Origin: Octopus vulgaris
Taxonomy: Eukaryota
Direction of reading: 5' to 3'
DNA: 64,000 nucleotides
NCBI GenBank assembly: GCA_951406725.2
Contig: OX597826.1
Span: 55,800,001-55,864,000, forward strand
This document shows, piece by piece, positions 1 to 13,367 of the stretch. The notes below the pieces were generated by a model. The model searched no databases. It was not told the origin of the DNA and was given only the letters and a program-made list of their open reading frames with translations. Both the position numbers and the translations under genes were made by a program. Each line of letters opens with the position of its first letter. Within the stretch, counting starts at the first letter, position 1.

Positions 1-399
1 CAACCTCAAGCAGTCGAAGTATATCGTAGTAAACTTGGATATGAAACAGAAAGAGAAAGCTTTTCTTTTTATCTGCTACAGAAAATATGAGTTTCTAAAC
101 TAGACTAACATGCTTTTGATATATTACACAGCTAAACAAGTATTTTAACACTACTTTTATGCTCTCAAAACGTTACAGTAGGTAAGATCATAGAAGAGTT
201 TGGTCAATTCAACCATTATGATGTGTGAAGAAGTTAAATTTTCAAGCTTTTGTCACGAAAAGTGAGAATGAGTGAAGATGGCGTTATTGCTGGGTGGTGA
301 ACAAGTAAATGTTACAGGTACTGCACACTGTATATTGAAAGCAAAGGAAATATATAAAATTTAGAATCCTCCTCGACTGAAAAGCGTCTTTTCATTTAT

Positions 400-742
400 T
401 CTTTTATTTGTTTCAGTCATTTGACTACGGCTATGCGGGAGCACCGCCTTTAGTCAAGCAAATCGACCACCAGGACGAACCGCTAAGTGACGGGAACGCA
501 AGCACACCAGCATCGGTTGTCAATCGATGTTTGGGGGACAAACACTGACACACATATACACACACACATATATATATACATATATACGACGGGCTTCTTT
601 TAGTTTCCAAATCCACTCACAAGGCTTTGGTCGGCCTGTGGCAATAGAATAAGACACTTGCCCAAGGTACCACGCAGTAGGACTGAACCCAGAACCATGT
701 GGTTGGTAAGCAAGCTACTTACAACACAGCCACTCCTGCGCC
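400..742 (-). mobile_element. SINE family A (tRNA-derived head, CORE-like block, internal microsatellite), internally deleted copy
   Basis: Minus-strand head GGCGCAGGAGTGGCTGTGT..GTAAG (A box) and GGTTCAGTCC (B-box-like), then CCTTGGGCAAGT (CORE-like). The same body recurs more than 12 times in the window. Confidence 0.9.
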
Positions 743-794
743 TTGTTCATATTTTTGATAAATAATATATTAATTCTTTTTTGTACCCATATAT

Positions 795-961
795 ATATAT
801 ATACGACGGACTTCTTTCAGTTTCTGTCTACCAAATCCACTCACAAGGCTTTGGTCGGCCCGAGGCTATAGTAGAAGACACTTGCCCAAGGTGCCACGCA
901 GTGGGACTGAACCCGGAACCATGTGCTTGGTAAGCAAGCTACTTACCACACAGTCACTCCT
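795..961 (-). mobile_element. SINE family A, 5' half
   Basis: Second copy of the head-to-microsatellite segment seen at about 587-742. Confidence 0.85.
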
Positions 962-1247
962 GTTCCTTTCAAACTGCACCCGCATTCAACATATGAGCTA
1001 TATCAGCCGGTATATAAGAAGGACCTGATACTGGAGGCAAATGTCTGGTGGAACACAGGAATCAACGCAGAGTTTGAGATTCTCAGCAAGTATTAGATCA
1101 GCAATACGTGCATTCATCTGTGTGCTTGAGCAATGCGAAAGTCCTTGTGCAGTTATCGACTAGGTAGAAATAACGGCGAAATTATCCTCAAATCAGGGAA
1201 TATTGTCTTCGAAAGAAAAAAATGACGAATTGGACAGTGTAGTTTCA

Positions 1248-1650
1248 TATTTCTTTACTACCTACAGGGGGCTACACACAGAGGGGACAAACAAGGACAG
1301 ACAAACGGATTAAGTCGATTATATCGACCCCAATGCGTAAACGAACCCGAAAGGATGAAAGGCAAAGTCGACCTCGGCGAAATTTGAACTCAGAATGTAA
1401 AAACAGACGCAATGCCTGTTTCCTTACTACCCACAAGGGGCTAAACACAGAGGAGACAAACAAGGACAGACAAACGGATCAAGTCGATTATATCGAACCC
1501 AGTTCGTAACTGGTACTTATTTAATCGACCCCGAAAGGATGAAAGCAAAGTCGACCACGGCGGAATTTGAACTCAGAACGTAACGGCAGACGATATACGG
1601 CTACGCATTTCGCCCGACGTGCTAACGATTCTGCCAGCTCAATGCCTTAT
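1248..1650 (-). mobile_element. SINE family B (tRNA-like head, Meta-like domain), dimeric, with 12-bp TSD
   Basis: Carries the GCCTTTCATCCTTTCGGG(GTCGAT..AAGTACCAG) block in two units on the minus strand. AGTGTAGTTTCA is duplicated at 1236-1247 and 1651-1662. It interrupts an older family D copy. Confidence 0.9.
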
Positions 1651-2277
1651 AGTGTAGTTTCAGACACACAAATCGACGGGATGTTCACGGCTGGAACGTT
1701 GCTGATCATAGACCTGCTTAATCGGAAAGGATTCAGGTTTATACAACATTACGAATGATAACAATATAAGGTGGTCAATATTTCTAAATGTATACGCGTC
1801 TAGCCGCCCACTCTATGAATTTTCCATTGTAGCTAACTCTGCGTCCACCACATATACACGTTGTATTTACATCTAGCGATGAATGCGGATCCTCCGGCTA
1901 CAATCAGAAAATACGAAAGAATATTGCATCAATAAATAGCCATCGGTAAATGACAAATACATTATATTACATAACACCAGTAAATTACTCGTGCATACAA
2001 TGATGTCGACAGCCGTAGGGGAGCTCGGGACTTCACCGAAATTCGTAATATTATTAAATTATTAAATGTTGATGAATAGAAGATGGAAGGTGGAGAAAAT
2101 GTTTGACCACCTGCAGCGGGTGACCTTAATGACATTAGACTCACGTTATTATTATCGTTGTTATTGTTGTTACCTTTATGTTTCAGTTTTTGTTGTTGTT
2201 GTCATTGTTTTGTCCAGTTCATCCTGGATTGTACATTCCTCCTACGATCAAAGAGGCTGCAGTTATGATTACCTCAT

Positions 2278-2278
2278 A

Positions 2279-2349
<71 letters not shown>

Positions 2350-2404
2350 CATTCTCCTTCTTCTTCTTCTTCTTCTTCTTCTTCTTCTTCTTCTTCTTCG
2401 TCTT

Positions 2405-2490
<86 letters not shown>

Positions 2491-2634
2491 CATTATTGTC
2501 GTGTTCTTCTTATTATTATTGTTTTGTTTTTTTTCTTCTTCTTTTCTTCTTCTTCTTCTTCCTTATTCTTCTTCTTCTTATTATTATTATTATTATTATT
2601 ATCATTATTATTATTATTATTAATATTATTATTA

Positions 2635-2684
<50 letters not shown>

Positions 2685-2715
2685 GTCGTCGTCGTCATTA
2701 TCGTTATTATTATTG
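2278..2715. repeat. Compound triplet microsatellite (ATT)n-(CTT)n-(ATT)n
   Basis: Read directly; source of the poly-I/L/R pseudo-ORFs. Confidence 0.97.
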
Positions 2716-2727
2716 TTTTGTTGTGGT

Positions 2728-3300
2728 TAAGCGAGCTGGAAGAATCCTTCGCAATCCGGGCAAATATTTAGCCGCACTTCGTCCGTCCTTGCGTTCTGAG
2801 TTCAAATTCCGCCGAGGTCGACTTTGCCTTTCATCCTTTCGGAGTCGATAAAATTAAGTACCAGTTTCGCACTGGGGTCGATATAATCTACTTAATCCGT
2901 TTGTCTGTCCTTGTTTGTCCTCTCTGTGTTTAGCCATCTGTGGGTAGTAAAGAAATAGGTATTTCGTCTGCCGCTACATTCTGAGTTCAAATTTCGCCGA
3001 GGTCAACTTTGCCTTTCATCCTTTCGGGGTCGATTAAATAAGTACCAGTTACGCACTAGGGTCGATATAATCGACTTAATCTGTTTGTCTATCCTTGTTT
3101 GTCCTCTCCGTGTTTAGCCCCTTGTGGGTAGTAAAGAAATAGGTATTTCGTCTGCCGCTACATTCTGAGTTTAAATTCCGCTGAGGTCAACTTTGCCTTT
3201 CATCCTTTCGGGGTCGATGAAATAAGTACCATTTTGAACACTAAGATCGATGTGGTGGACTTATCCCATTCAGCAGAATTGCTGGCTTTGTACTAATATT
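2728..3300 (+). mobile_element. SINE family B, trimeric
   Basis: Head GCGAGCTGG..GAATC, then three Meta-like units joined at AAAGAAATAG|GTATTTCGTC. Confidence 0.9.
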
Positions 3301-3956
3301 TAAAATCATCATTTTTATTGTTGGTGGTGGTGGTGATGATGGTTGTTGGTGGTGGACTTCCTCGTCGTCGTCGTCTTGATGGTAGTATTTGCTGTGATGA
3401 GGGTGTTGTTTGTCAAGCAAAACCTGCACACAATCCCCTACACAGGCTCTCATTCCAGCCACCTATCACTAACGCACAACCTATCACCTCCTCGTTGCAA
3501 TAACGCCACTAAATACACACATACGCATGTTTACAAATACATACACATGCATCCACCGCATACGTCAAAATCACCCCTTTATATACCCACTACCAAGCGC
3601 ATACATGCACTTACACACCTACTCTCAGATATGCACTGTCTTACCCCACCCCCTTTCTTGGCTTCTCATAGAACGGTATTCCTCTAGTGTTACAATCGTA
3701 CATATATTTTATAACCTTTTCTTCATCCAGACACACTCACACACACACATGCGAGCTCTATCAATCTCTTTCTCTCCAAATAGTCATCGACTTCTCTTTA
3801 TGATGAAGGATTCATGTTCAAAACGCCAAGGCACTTCGTTTACTTTCAAGCGGGAAACTAACATCTTAGCACTTTACTTTGTCGTGAGGAAATTGTCTTT
3901 TTCTTACTACTTTAGAGTCTTAATTAAAAATATATATGTATATGCATGTTGCGCGC

Positions 3957-4023
<67 letters not shown>

Positions 4024-4994
4024 TACGATGAGAGTAAACAAAAAAAAACCAAGTTTGCTTTAGAAGCGTCTTAGAAAGTTAAAGTGTTTTTTTTTTAATT
4101 CTCAAACGCAGGATAGTACTAATACTATAGCCTGAACAGGAAAACCAACCCCTATACACACACACACACATTTATATATATATATATTTATAATATTTGA
4201 GGGAATATAAATCCAAACTTACAGGGAAAAAATTCAATTTAGAAATACTAAATCAAATTTCACACACTATAATATATATATAAAAAAATTCGAAAAACGA
4301 ACACTATTTATCAATTCATAATGAACAATTAAATTACACCATCTAGAAAAGTACATATAATAAAAATATTAAAATTAAAATAACAATAAAATGTCAATGA
4401 TTAAGTAGACGTCTATAATTGGTAGTATATATGTATGTATGTATGTATATATATATATATATACACAACACACATACATGCATGTATGTATGTATGTATG
4501 TATGTATGTATGTATGTATGTATGTATGTATGTATGTATGTATGTATGTATGTATGTATGTATGTATGTATGTATGTACGTGTGTGTGTATGAATGTATG
4601 TATGAATGTATACATGTATACATACAGATATATGTTTATGCACATACAAAAATCGACAAAAAGAGACCAGTGGACTTGCCGAGCTGTAAGGAAGTTTCGT
4701 TGTTTTAGACGCAAACCTTCTCAAGTAGAAATTTACAGGGGAGATATTGATTGAGAGACTGCAGAGTTTTACATTCTCTACGTTAGAAACACTGTCTGTT
4801 ATAGGTCTTTCTAATTTAGAAGGTGTAAAGCTTTGCTGCCATTTTTATCAGTTTCCCTCCTCTCAACTTTTCTCTGAAGAAAAAAAAACCAGTCCGCATG
4901 GCTACTTTACTGAAAACCGTTTGTCGATTTGTCTAAACATGCCATACACACACACACTGACACACACACAGACACACACATATATGTACTCTCT

Positions 4995-5399
4995 TTTACT
5001 CTCTTTCACTTTTTTCAGTCATTTGACTGCGGCAATGCTGGAGCACCGCTTTTAATCGAGCAACTCGACCCCGAGACTTATTCTTTGTAAGCCCAGTACT
5101 TATTCTATCGGTCTCTTTTGCCGAACCGATAAGTGACGGGGGCATAAACACACCAGCATCGGTTGTCAAGCAATGTTGCGGGGACAAACACAGACATACA
5201 AACACACACGCACACATATATATACATATACATATATACAACGGGCTTCTTTCAGTTTCCGTCTACCAAATCCACTCACAAGGCTTTGGTCGGCCCGAGG
5301 CTATAGTAGAAGACACTTGCCCAAGGTGCCACGCAGTGGGACTGAACCCGGAACCATGTGGTTGGTAAGCAAGCTACTTACCACACAGCCACTCCTGCG
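4995..5399 (-). mobile_element. SINE family A, full length
   Basis: Complete head, internal (CA)/(TA) tract and 3' tail (plus-strand CTTTTACTCTCTTT). Confidence 0.92.
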
Positions 5400-6158
5400 T
5401 ATATAATTGGTATATATAATATATATATGCACACACACACACACATATCCATCGATGTAATATATATTGGTCTATCTATCTGCCTATCTGTCTATCTAAC
5501 AAAACGCCTGTTTTCGAGTACTTTGTCTCCATTTCATTATCTTCATTGAACCATCGGCCATTCCGGTCTTTTTACTTCCCACTCTGACTTTTCTGTCTCA
5601 AATACACCACCACAAACACATAACAACACACAACACACAAATACACATACACTTCATGAAACACACACAAACACACACACACAAACACACACACACACAC
5701 ACACATATATATAAACATACATATCTCTACAAACTATGTAGGACACATTAAAATAGATACATTTACACCCACACTTTCACAGCCACGTACACATATTGAT
5801 GTATGTGGTGAATGATGTGTATGTTTGCATGTGCGAATGTAACTATGTATGAATTGGGGTATTCAGATGATATTCAAAGCAGATGCATGCCTACACTTAA
5901 ATATGCATATAAAAATGACGAGCGGCAGTATATATGAATATATAAACTTATTTATATTTCGCTGTTAACACAGAATCATTCACTCAAATTCTTTCTCTCT
6001 CTCCCTCTGTATGTGTGTTTGTGTGTGTGTGTTTGTGTGTGAGTCTGTTTATGTGTATGTGTGTATGAGCTTTGTGTCTATGTATGTTTGCCTGTCAGCC
6101 TCTCTGTCTTTCTCTCTCTCTCTTTATATCCGTCGTTGAACACACACACGCACACATG

Positions 6159-6274
<116 letters not shown>

Positions 6275-6499
6275 TGAAAAGTGGTTAGGAGTCCCTACAA
6301 ACCAAAAATTGTAGTTATTTACCTTTCTAGTTACACACACACACACACACACAATATGGAGGTTTGTTGAATGGTGTTCTAAACGAATAGGTACGCAGGG
6401 TAACTGCTGTAACGAATTATCAGGGTTCTAAGCCCCTAGCTGAGACGGGAGCTATGGATCCATTCTAGGTTTTCGATTTAACATACATACATACATACA

Positions 6500-6532
<33 letters not shown>

Positions 6533-6645
6533 GTGTTTGTGAGTGTGTGTGTGTGTGTGCGTGTAATTGCTAATGAGGACATCAAACGTTAAGGCAAAGT
6601 GAACATCCTAAGTCATATAAATTGTTATTATTGGAAAAAATTCAA

Positions 6646-6686
6646 AGTCTTACAGCCGTTTCTGGGATATCCCGTCATCAGAGACT
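6646..6686 (-). ncRNA. Minimal type I hammerhead ribozyme motif (Penelope-like element remnant)
   Basis: Minus strand AGTCT-CTGATGA-C-GGG ATAT CCC-A-GAAA-C GGCT G-TA-AGACT: stem I AGTCT/AGACT, core CUGAUGA and GAAA, GUA cleavage triplet. The stem II closing pair is a C-A mismatch. Confidence 0.7.
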
Positions 6687-7084
6687 AATATAGAAAATGA
6701 AATAACGACAAGCAGGAAAGGTGTAAATGAATAAGGAGATTAAGAGACTGACGAAAAAAGAAGCATAAAATTCACTGTTCAACTTTTCGTTATTGGTGTG
6801 TGCTTGTAGTATGTATATATGTATGTTTGTGTGTGCGTCTGTGTGTGTGTGTCTTTGTGTCCATGTTTTTCATCCACCACCACTTCACAATTGGGGTGGC
6901 GTGATTACGTCCCTGTAACTTAACAGTTTGGCAAAATAACCGACAAAATACGTGCCTGGCTAAAGAAAAGAACATACAAGTACTGGTATTGATTCGTTCG
7001 ACAAAAATTTTTCCAAGCAATACCACACTATGACCATCGCTGAATGACTAAAACAAGTAAAAGATAAGGATTGTATTTATTTGT

Positions 7085-7288
7085 TACTCATCTACTTGTT
7101 TCAGTCATTTGACTGTGGCTATGCTCTAGCACCGCCTTTTAGTCGAGCAAATCGACCCCAGGACTTATTCTTTGTAAGCCTAGTACTTATTCTATCGGTC
7201 TCTTTTGCCAAACCGCTAAGTGACGGGGACATAAACACACCAGCATCGGTTATCAAGCGATGTTAGGAGGATAAACATGGAAACACAA

Positions 7289-7337
<49 letters not shown>

Positions 7338-7720
7338 CAGATAAAAAGTGAAATATAATTAATTTAATAAAATCAACAAATTTCACCAAGTAGTATTTCG
7401 ATATGGAAAAGGACCATATTCGGTAAAAGTTTATATAATTATAACAAAGAGGGTCTTTACAACAAGTTGCTAGACCACATACCGAAAGTATTAGAAATAG
7501 CAGCCAGAGGACTGTTATTTCTTTTACTACATATATATATATATATATACATATATACGACGGGCTTCTTTCAGTTTCCGTCTACCAAAGCTACTCACAG
7601 GGCTTAGGTAGGCCTGAGGCTATAGTAGAAGACACTTGTTCAAGGTGCCACGCAGTGGGACTGAACCCGGAATCATGTGGTTGATAAGCAAGCGACTTAC
7701 CACACAGCCACTCCTACGCC
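7085..7720 (-). mobile_element. SINE family A with about 190 bp of foreign sequence in its internal (TA)n
   Basis: Tail half at 7085-7290 and head half at 7555-7720, separated by (TA)n plus unrelated 7340-7530. Confidence 0.85.
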
Positions 7721-8386
7721 TACTTACAACACAGCCACTTAATGAGTAGGTTCCCCACTTTTAGCATCTCACCACTATTTTGTGTCTAATAATTTCTTCC
7801 CATGATATTTTTGTCTCTGTATTCCTTTGAAACAGTAACAACACCGACAATATTGGCATCAACAACAATAATAATATCATTGGTACTAAAATAAATTTCT
7901 ACTTCTAAACACTAAAGTAGATAGAAAACATCCGTGAGGCCATAGATGTATAAACATAAATACATACTTAGAGAGCAATAGGCGAATATAAGTGAGGTGA
8001 GTGTTAACGCACATACCTCTGTAGAAGTACATGTGTGTTTGTGTGTTTTGTGGGTGTATGTCTGTGTGTGTATGTATACATGTAGGTATATGTACGTCGA
8101 CATGGATGTATATATTCATAAAGTTACGTAAGAAAAATATCCTAACGTATGTAAAAGATAAAAGACATATGTAAAAGAAATGCATGGGACTGTAAAATAC
8201 TCGTATATGTACCAGTGTGTGTGTGTGTATGTGCGTGTGTATGTAAATATATGAATATATATGAATATGTATGCATGTGATTTACATGTATTCATATGCG
8301 TGAGCATGTATCATACATATGTACATATACCATGCCCATGTTTATATATCTAAAGATATGAATGTATGTATTCATGCATGTACTCA

Positions 8387-8428
<42 letters not shown>

Positions 8429-8477
8429 TATATATATATATACATATATGTTTGTGTGTATGTATATATGTATATGT

Positions 8478-8596
<119 letters not shown>

Positions 8597-9171
8597 AATG
8601 TATATATATGCATCTATCTGTATATATTTATGTATGTTTACATGGATGAAAGTATGTATATATGTATATATAGGAATTCATTTTCAAAACAAAATGGTTG
8701 TATTGTAAATAAAATACGTAAATAACTTTGCTACTACAATCATCTTTGCCACATCAAATTACAATACATGATTTATTCAAATATTACGGAATAATTCAAT
8801 TGTCAAAACAGATCACAGTAAAAGCCCCAGACAGCAGACGGTCGGCGGCCATATTGTAGTTTTTGTTGTACCCACTTTAAATTTTCTAGTTTTCTAACTG
8901 TTATTTCCTTACCGCTATTCATAATTTCAGTGAGAGTCTCTCATTTTCACCCTCTCTCTCACCCTGCGTTTCTCTCTCTCTCCCCTTTCTCACCCTGTGT
9001 TTCCCTCTCTCTCTATTTCTGTCTTTGGATGCGTGTATGTGTACTTATGTATGTAAGTGTGTTGTGTAAGTGTTAGTATGTAAATGTGTTGTGTAGTTAT
9101 ATATGTGTGTGCCTTTACATTTCCATGTAGCATTGTGTAGGTGTACAATCAAACACGTACACACACACACG

Positions 9172-9202
<31 letters not shown>

Positions 9203-9353
9203 TCGTGCATTCATACCTGCACACATATACACATAATTCCATATTTTTAAACGCAGTGCTTTGTTCAGTGCACTCATGCATATCTACACATATTCACATA
9301 TGCACAAATATCCGCATATATCTTCATATATATATATATATATATATAATGTG

Positions 9354-9461
<108 letters not shown>

Positions 9462-10041
9462 TGTATTTATATACAAACGTAGAAAAGTTTGATGCAATTA
9501 TTTGCCTCCACGCATGCGGGATGCTTTGTTTCTCATACCTATATATATTCATACGAATATACGCTCATATTTTGCTTGTATATACATATAAATATGCGTG
9601 CTTGTCTGTCTGTAGGTGTATGTGCATGCATCAATTTATTTATATGTTGGTGTTTGTAAGTGTTTCCGGGTGAAGGTATGCGTTCTTGGAGATATTTATG
9701 AATATTTATTCTTACTTCGTTGAGGATGGGTAAAAAAAATTATACCTACCCACACACATTTATGTGCACACATTTGATACATCATTAAATATCCGTGTGT
9801 TTGTGTATAAATATGTGTATTCATGTATGTATGTGTGTGTGTGATATACAAAAATATGTTTCTATATTTATATATATTTTTTGTACATATATATATATAT
9901 ACATACGTATATATACATACATTATACATATATGTATATATATATATAGATAGATAGATAGATATATACATATATACATATATATACATATATACATATA
10001 GATACATAGATATGTTGTGTTTGTGTATGTTTATTATATAT

Positions 10042-10080
<39 letters not shown>

Positions 10081-10133
10081 ACGCATACATACGAATACTT
10101 ACATACACACACACACAAACACACACGCACACA

Positions 10134-10194
<61 letters not shown>

Positions 10195-10723
10195 GGCTTA
10201 CATATACTCATACTTACATCAACACATACGTGCATGTATTCCATACATATATACTTACATGCAGAGTAGACACATACACAGAAACATATATACACATACA
10301 TACATACATACATACATACATACATACATACATACATACATACATACATACATACATACATAACAGACACTTTTGTATTTGCTGTATATTTGATCTTGTT
10401 TTAACCACTTTCCAACCATAATGACTTCGATAAGAAAGATTGTATTGTTCCTGCTCGTTTCTTATAGAAAGGAGTACATCTTTTTACATCTCCGTGTGGA
10501 GACAGAATGTCTGATCTGGTACCATTTGATTCTATCACATATTCGAAGTGAAAGCCGTCATTCTGGAGAAAATCTTCTTGACTTGTGATTCCAGTGAATC
10601 GTACTCGCAGATGGTAGAGTGATCTTCCATATTTGCTTTTTTTTTTTTCATTTTATTTTATGTTATTTTATGATATTTTATTTATTTATTTATTAATGCT
10701 TTTTTTTTTTTTTGCTTGAGCAG

Positions 10724-10743
10724 CACAGGAAACTATTCTTGCT
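10724..10743 (+). other. Candidate microexon (20 nt, or 23 nt with the upstream AG)
   Basis: Poly-T tract, TGCTTGAGCAG | CACAGGAAACTATTCTTGCT | GTAAGT. Confidence 0.3.
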
Positions 10744-11283
10744 GTAAGTTAATATTTGTTGAACTTAGATGTAATTAGGTGGGAAGGCGAGGTCTATTTA
10801 TTTGCTTTTGTTCTTTTACCAACAGCACCAAACAACCAGCCGAACCAACCAACCAACCAACCAACCAGCCAGCCAACCAGTCAACCAACCCATCCAATGC
10901 AGGATCTGTCCGCCATGAGGGTTCCATATTGTATGCTTTCTATGTTATAGCAATGTCCCCCATTAGCATTGCTAAACCAACATCACGCTGACGCTCCCCT
11001 CCACCGTAACTTTCCGAAACGCACACTCATAGACACATACCTACACACTCACAGCCACGTATGTACACACTTGCTCGGGTATGAACACACAAGCACACAG
11101 ATGCACATATTTAAATACACAAACATCCAATGACTTGAAGTATAATTCTTTGAGTAGTAAGTAGAAAAATAACCAAATTTCGATAAGGATTTGTGTGAAT
11201 TTTTACAGAATACTCCCACGCAAACATATGTGTACACGCACACACACACGCGCGCACAAACATACATATATGTATATATACAT

Positions 11284-11323
<40 letters not shown>

Positions 11324-11338
11324 GTGTGTGTGTGTTTA

Positions 11339-11421
<83 letters not shown>

Positions 11422-11449
11422 GTGTGCGCGTGTGTGTGTGTATGTATAT

Positions 11450-11783
11450 ATGAAGGAAGGAACACTCCCTCGGTTACGACGACGAGGGTCCTAGCTGATA
11501 CGATCAACGGAACAGTTTGCTCGTGAAATTAACGTGCAAGTGGCTGAGCACTCCACAAACACGTGTACCCCTAAAGTAGTTCTCAGGGAGATTCAGCGCG
11601 ACACAGAGTATGACAAAGCTGACCCTTCGAAATACAGGTACAACTCATTTTTGCCAACTGAGTGGACTAGAGCGACGTGAAATAAAATGTCTTGCTCAAG
11701 GACATAACACGTCGCAGGGAATTGAATTCACGACCTTAAAATCGTGAGCCGAATGCCCTAACCACTAAGCCACGCGCCTTCAC
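11450..11783 (-). mobile_element. SINE family C (tRNA head + CORE-like domain), tail type 1
   Basis: Minus-strand head GAAGGCGCGTGGCTTAGTGGTTAGG, then GTCCTTGAGCAAGAC..CAC..CTCAG..AAAATGAG. Same tail as 16357-16750. Confidence 0.85.
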
Positions 11784-11979
11784 ATATATGTATATATACT
11801 TTTTTTTTTTATTACATCTGCAAAATCATCGCATTCATCGGACAGTTGCGATCAAGAATGGAATAAAATGGCACATGGTAAATATGATTTGATATAATCC
11901 AATTTGACGAGTAAGCATTTCAATATGATTGGGTAACTTGTGTATATATATATATATATATATATGTATACGAATATAT

Positions 11980-12116
<137 letters not shown>

Positions 12117-12528
12117 CACATATATACTTTTAATAAAGCTACAAGTTCTTCCAAAACTGTTACTCAGAGTTTCACCCACCCGTTCATGGGTAAGTTGTGA
12201 TCATACTATCTAAGCATAATCTTTCAGCTTTAAAAAAGCATACTACTCTACCTTTGGTATTCGAGTACAATTTTCGAGTACAATATATATATATATATAT
12301 AAACGACGGAATTCTTTCAGTTTCTGTCTACCAAATCCACTCACAAGGTAGCTAAATGTTGCTTAAGTTTCCCAGGATTTAATTCCAGGATAGTAAGTCA
12401 TATTTAGTAGAAAATAGGAAAATTGAAAGCTCGGGATGTTGTTAAACCATTTATATAAAATATAAATACGTTAGAAATATTAAATTTCTAAATCTCTCAT
12501 AGAGATATGTACGGTGGTGGGGCGATAA

Positions 12529-12741
12529 GATGGTTGTATACTGTCAATCTAACGTGAACGTGACAGTCGGGGGTTACACCACCGCTGTTTAGCCCTAGGC
12601 AGCATCGACGCTTCCTGCTGGCTTCGACACATTTTTCCTGTGTCGAAGCCAGCAGAAAGCGTCGATGCTTCCTAGGGCTAAACAGCGGTGGTGTAACCCC
12701 CTACTGTCACGTTCACGTTAGATTGACAGTATACAACCATC
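12529..12741. repeat. Near-perfect palindrome: 103-bp arms, 7-nt loop, 3 mismatches
   Basis: GATGGTTGTATACTGTC...GACACA TTTTTCC TGTGTC...GACAGTATACAACCATC, aligned by eye. Confidence 0.95.
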
Positions 12742-12814
12742 CCATAAATACGTTAGATTTTATAGGAATTTCTATTTTTGTTTACATGTCTGTTTGTTGA
12801 GTTTGTTATTTATA

Positions 12815-12902
12815 TCCTTTCTGATGAGGCGGATGCGTAGCTGACCAGAAGTTATCTTTTGGGACATTTTTGAAGCGCATACGTCGAAACATATGAAAAA
12901 GA
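12815..12902 (+). ncRNA. Degenerate type I hammerhead ribozyme motif with extended stem II
   Basis: TCCTTT-CTGATGA-GGCGGATGCG...CGCATACGTC-GAAA-CATATG-AAAAAGA. Stem II pairs 9 of 10 and stem III is palindromic, but the GUH triplet lacks its U. Confidence 0.55.
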
Positions 12903-13069
12903 CTTTAAGATATAAATGGTTTAACAAAATCTCGAGCGTTCGTCTCCTTATTCAATTTTCCTATGCATTAGATCATAAGATTCATTCGCAGGTAAGAATT
13001 CAGGCAGCTGGGCAGGTAGGTAGGTGGGTATGTGGATAGGTAGCTCGTTAGCTAGTTAGTTAGGTAGGT

Positions 13070-13367
13070 TTGTTCCTTCTCGAGCCATGCCTGGCTCATA
13101 AGGGCCGGTTTCCCGATTTCCTTGGCGTATAGGTTCCCCACCTGGACGGGACGCCGGTCCATCGCAGTGAGCTGCAAGATGCAGGAGGAAAGAGTGAGAG
13201 AAAGTTGTGGCGAAAGACTCAGCAGAAGTTCGCCATTACCTTCTGCCCGAGCCGCGTTGAGCTTAGGTGTTTCGTTCATAAACACACACATCGCCCGGTC
13301 TGAGATTCGAACCCCCGATCCCTCAACCGCTAGTCTGCTGCTCTAAACACTAGACCATGTGCCTCCA
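13070..13367 (-). mobile_element. tRNA-derived SINE, family C variant (tail type 2)
   Basis: Head GGAGGCACATGGTCTAGTG..GGTTCGAATC; near-identical to 25040-25338. Confidence 0.88.

Larger units (their letters stand above)
12414..12964 (+). mobile_element. Penelope-like remnant with inverted termini and a hammerhead motif
   Basis: 12414-12456 and 12910-12964 are imperfect inverted copies (ATAGGAAAATTGAA..GCTCGGGATGTTGTTAAACCATTTATAT), and a hammerhead core lies inside. Confidence 0.6.

Noticed and set aside
2066-2771. Long ORFs with poly-I/L/R, and all YIYI/HTHT/CVCV/MYVC/YLSI ORFs in the track
   Set aside because: Translations of microsatellites that lack stop codons in some frames; no coding signal.
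7381-7430. Third hammerhead on the minus strand
   Set aside because: Stems and GAAA are present, but the core reads CCGAATA rather than CUGANGA and there is no clear cleavage triplet.
10468-10613. Internal coding exon after the CTTATAG acceptor
   Set aside because: All three frames hit stops before the candidate donor.
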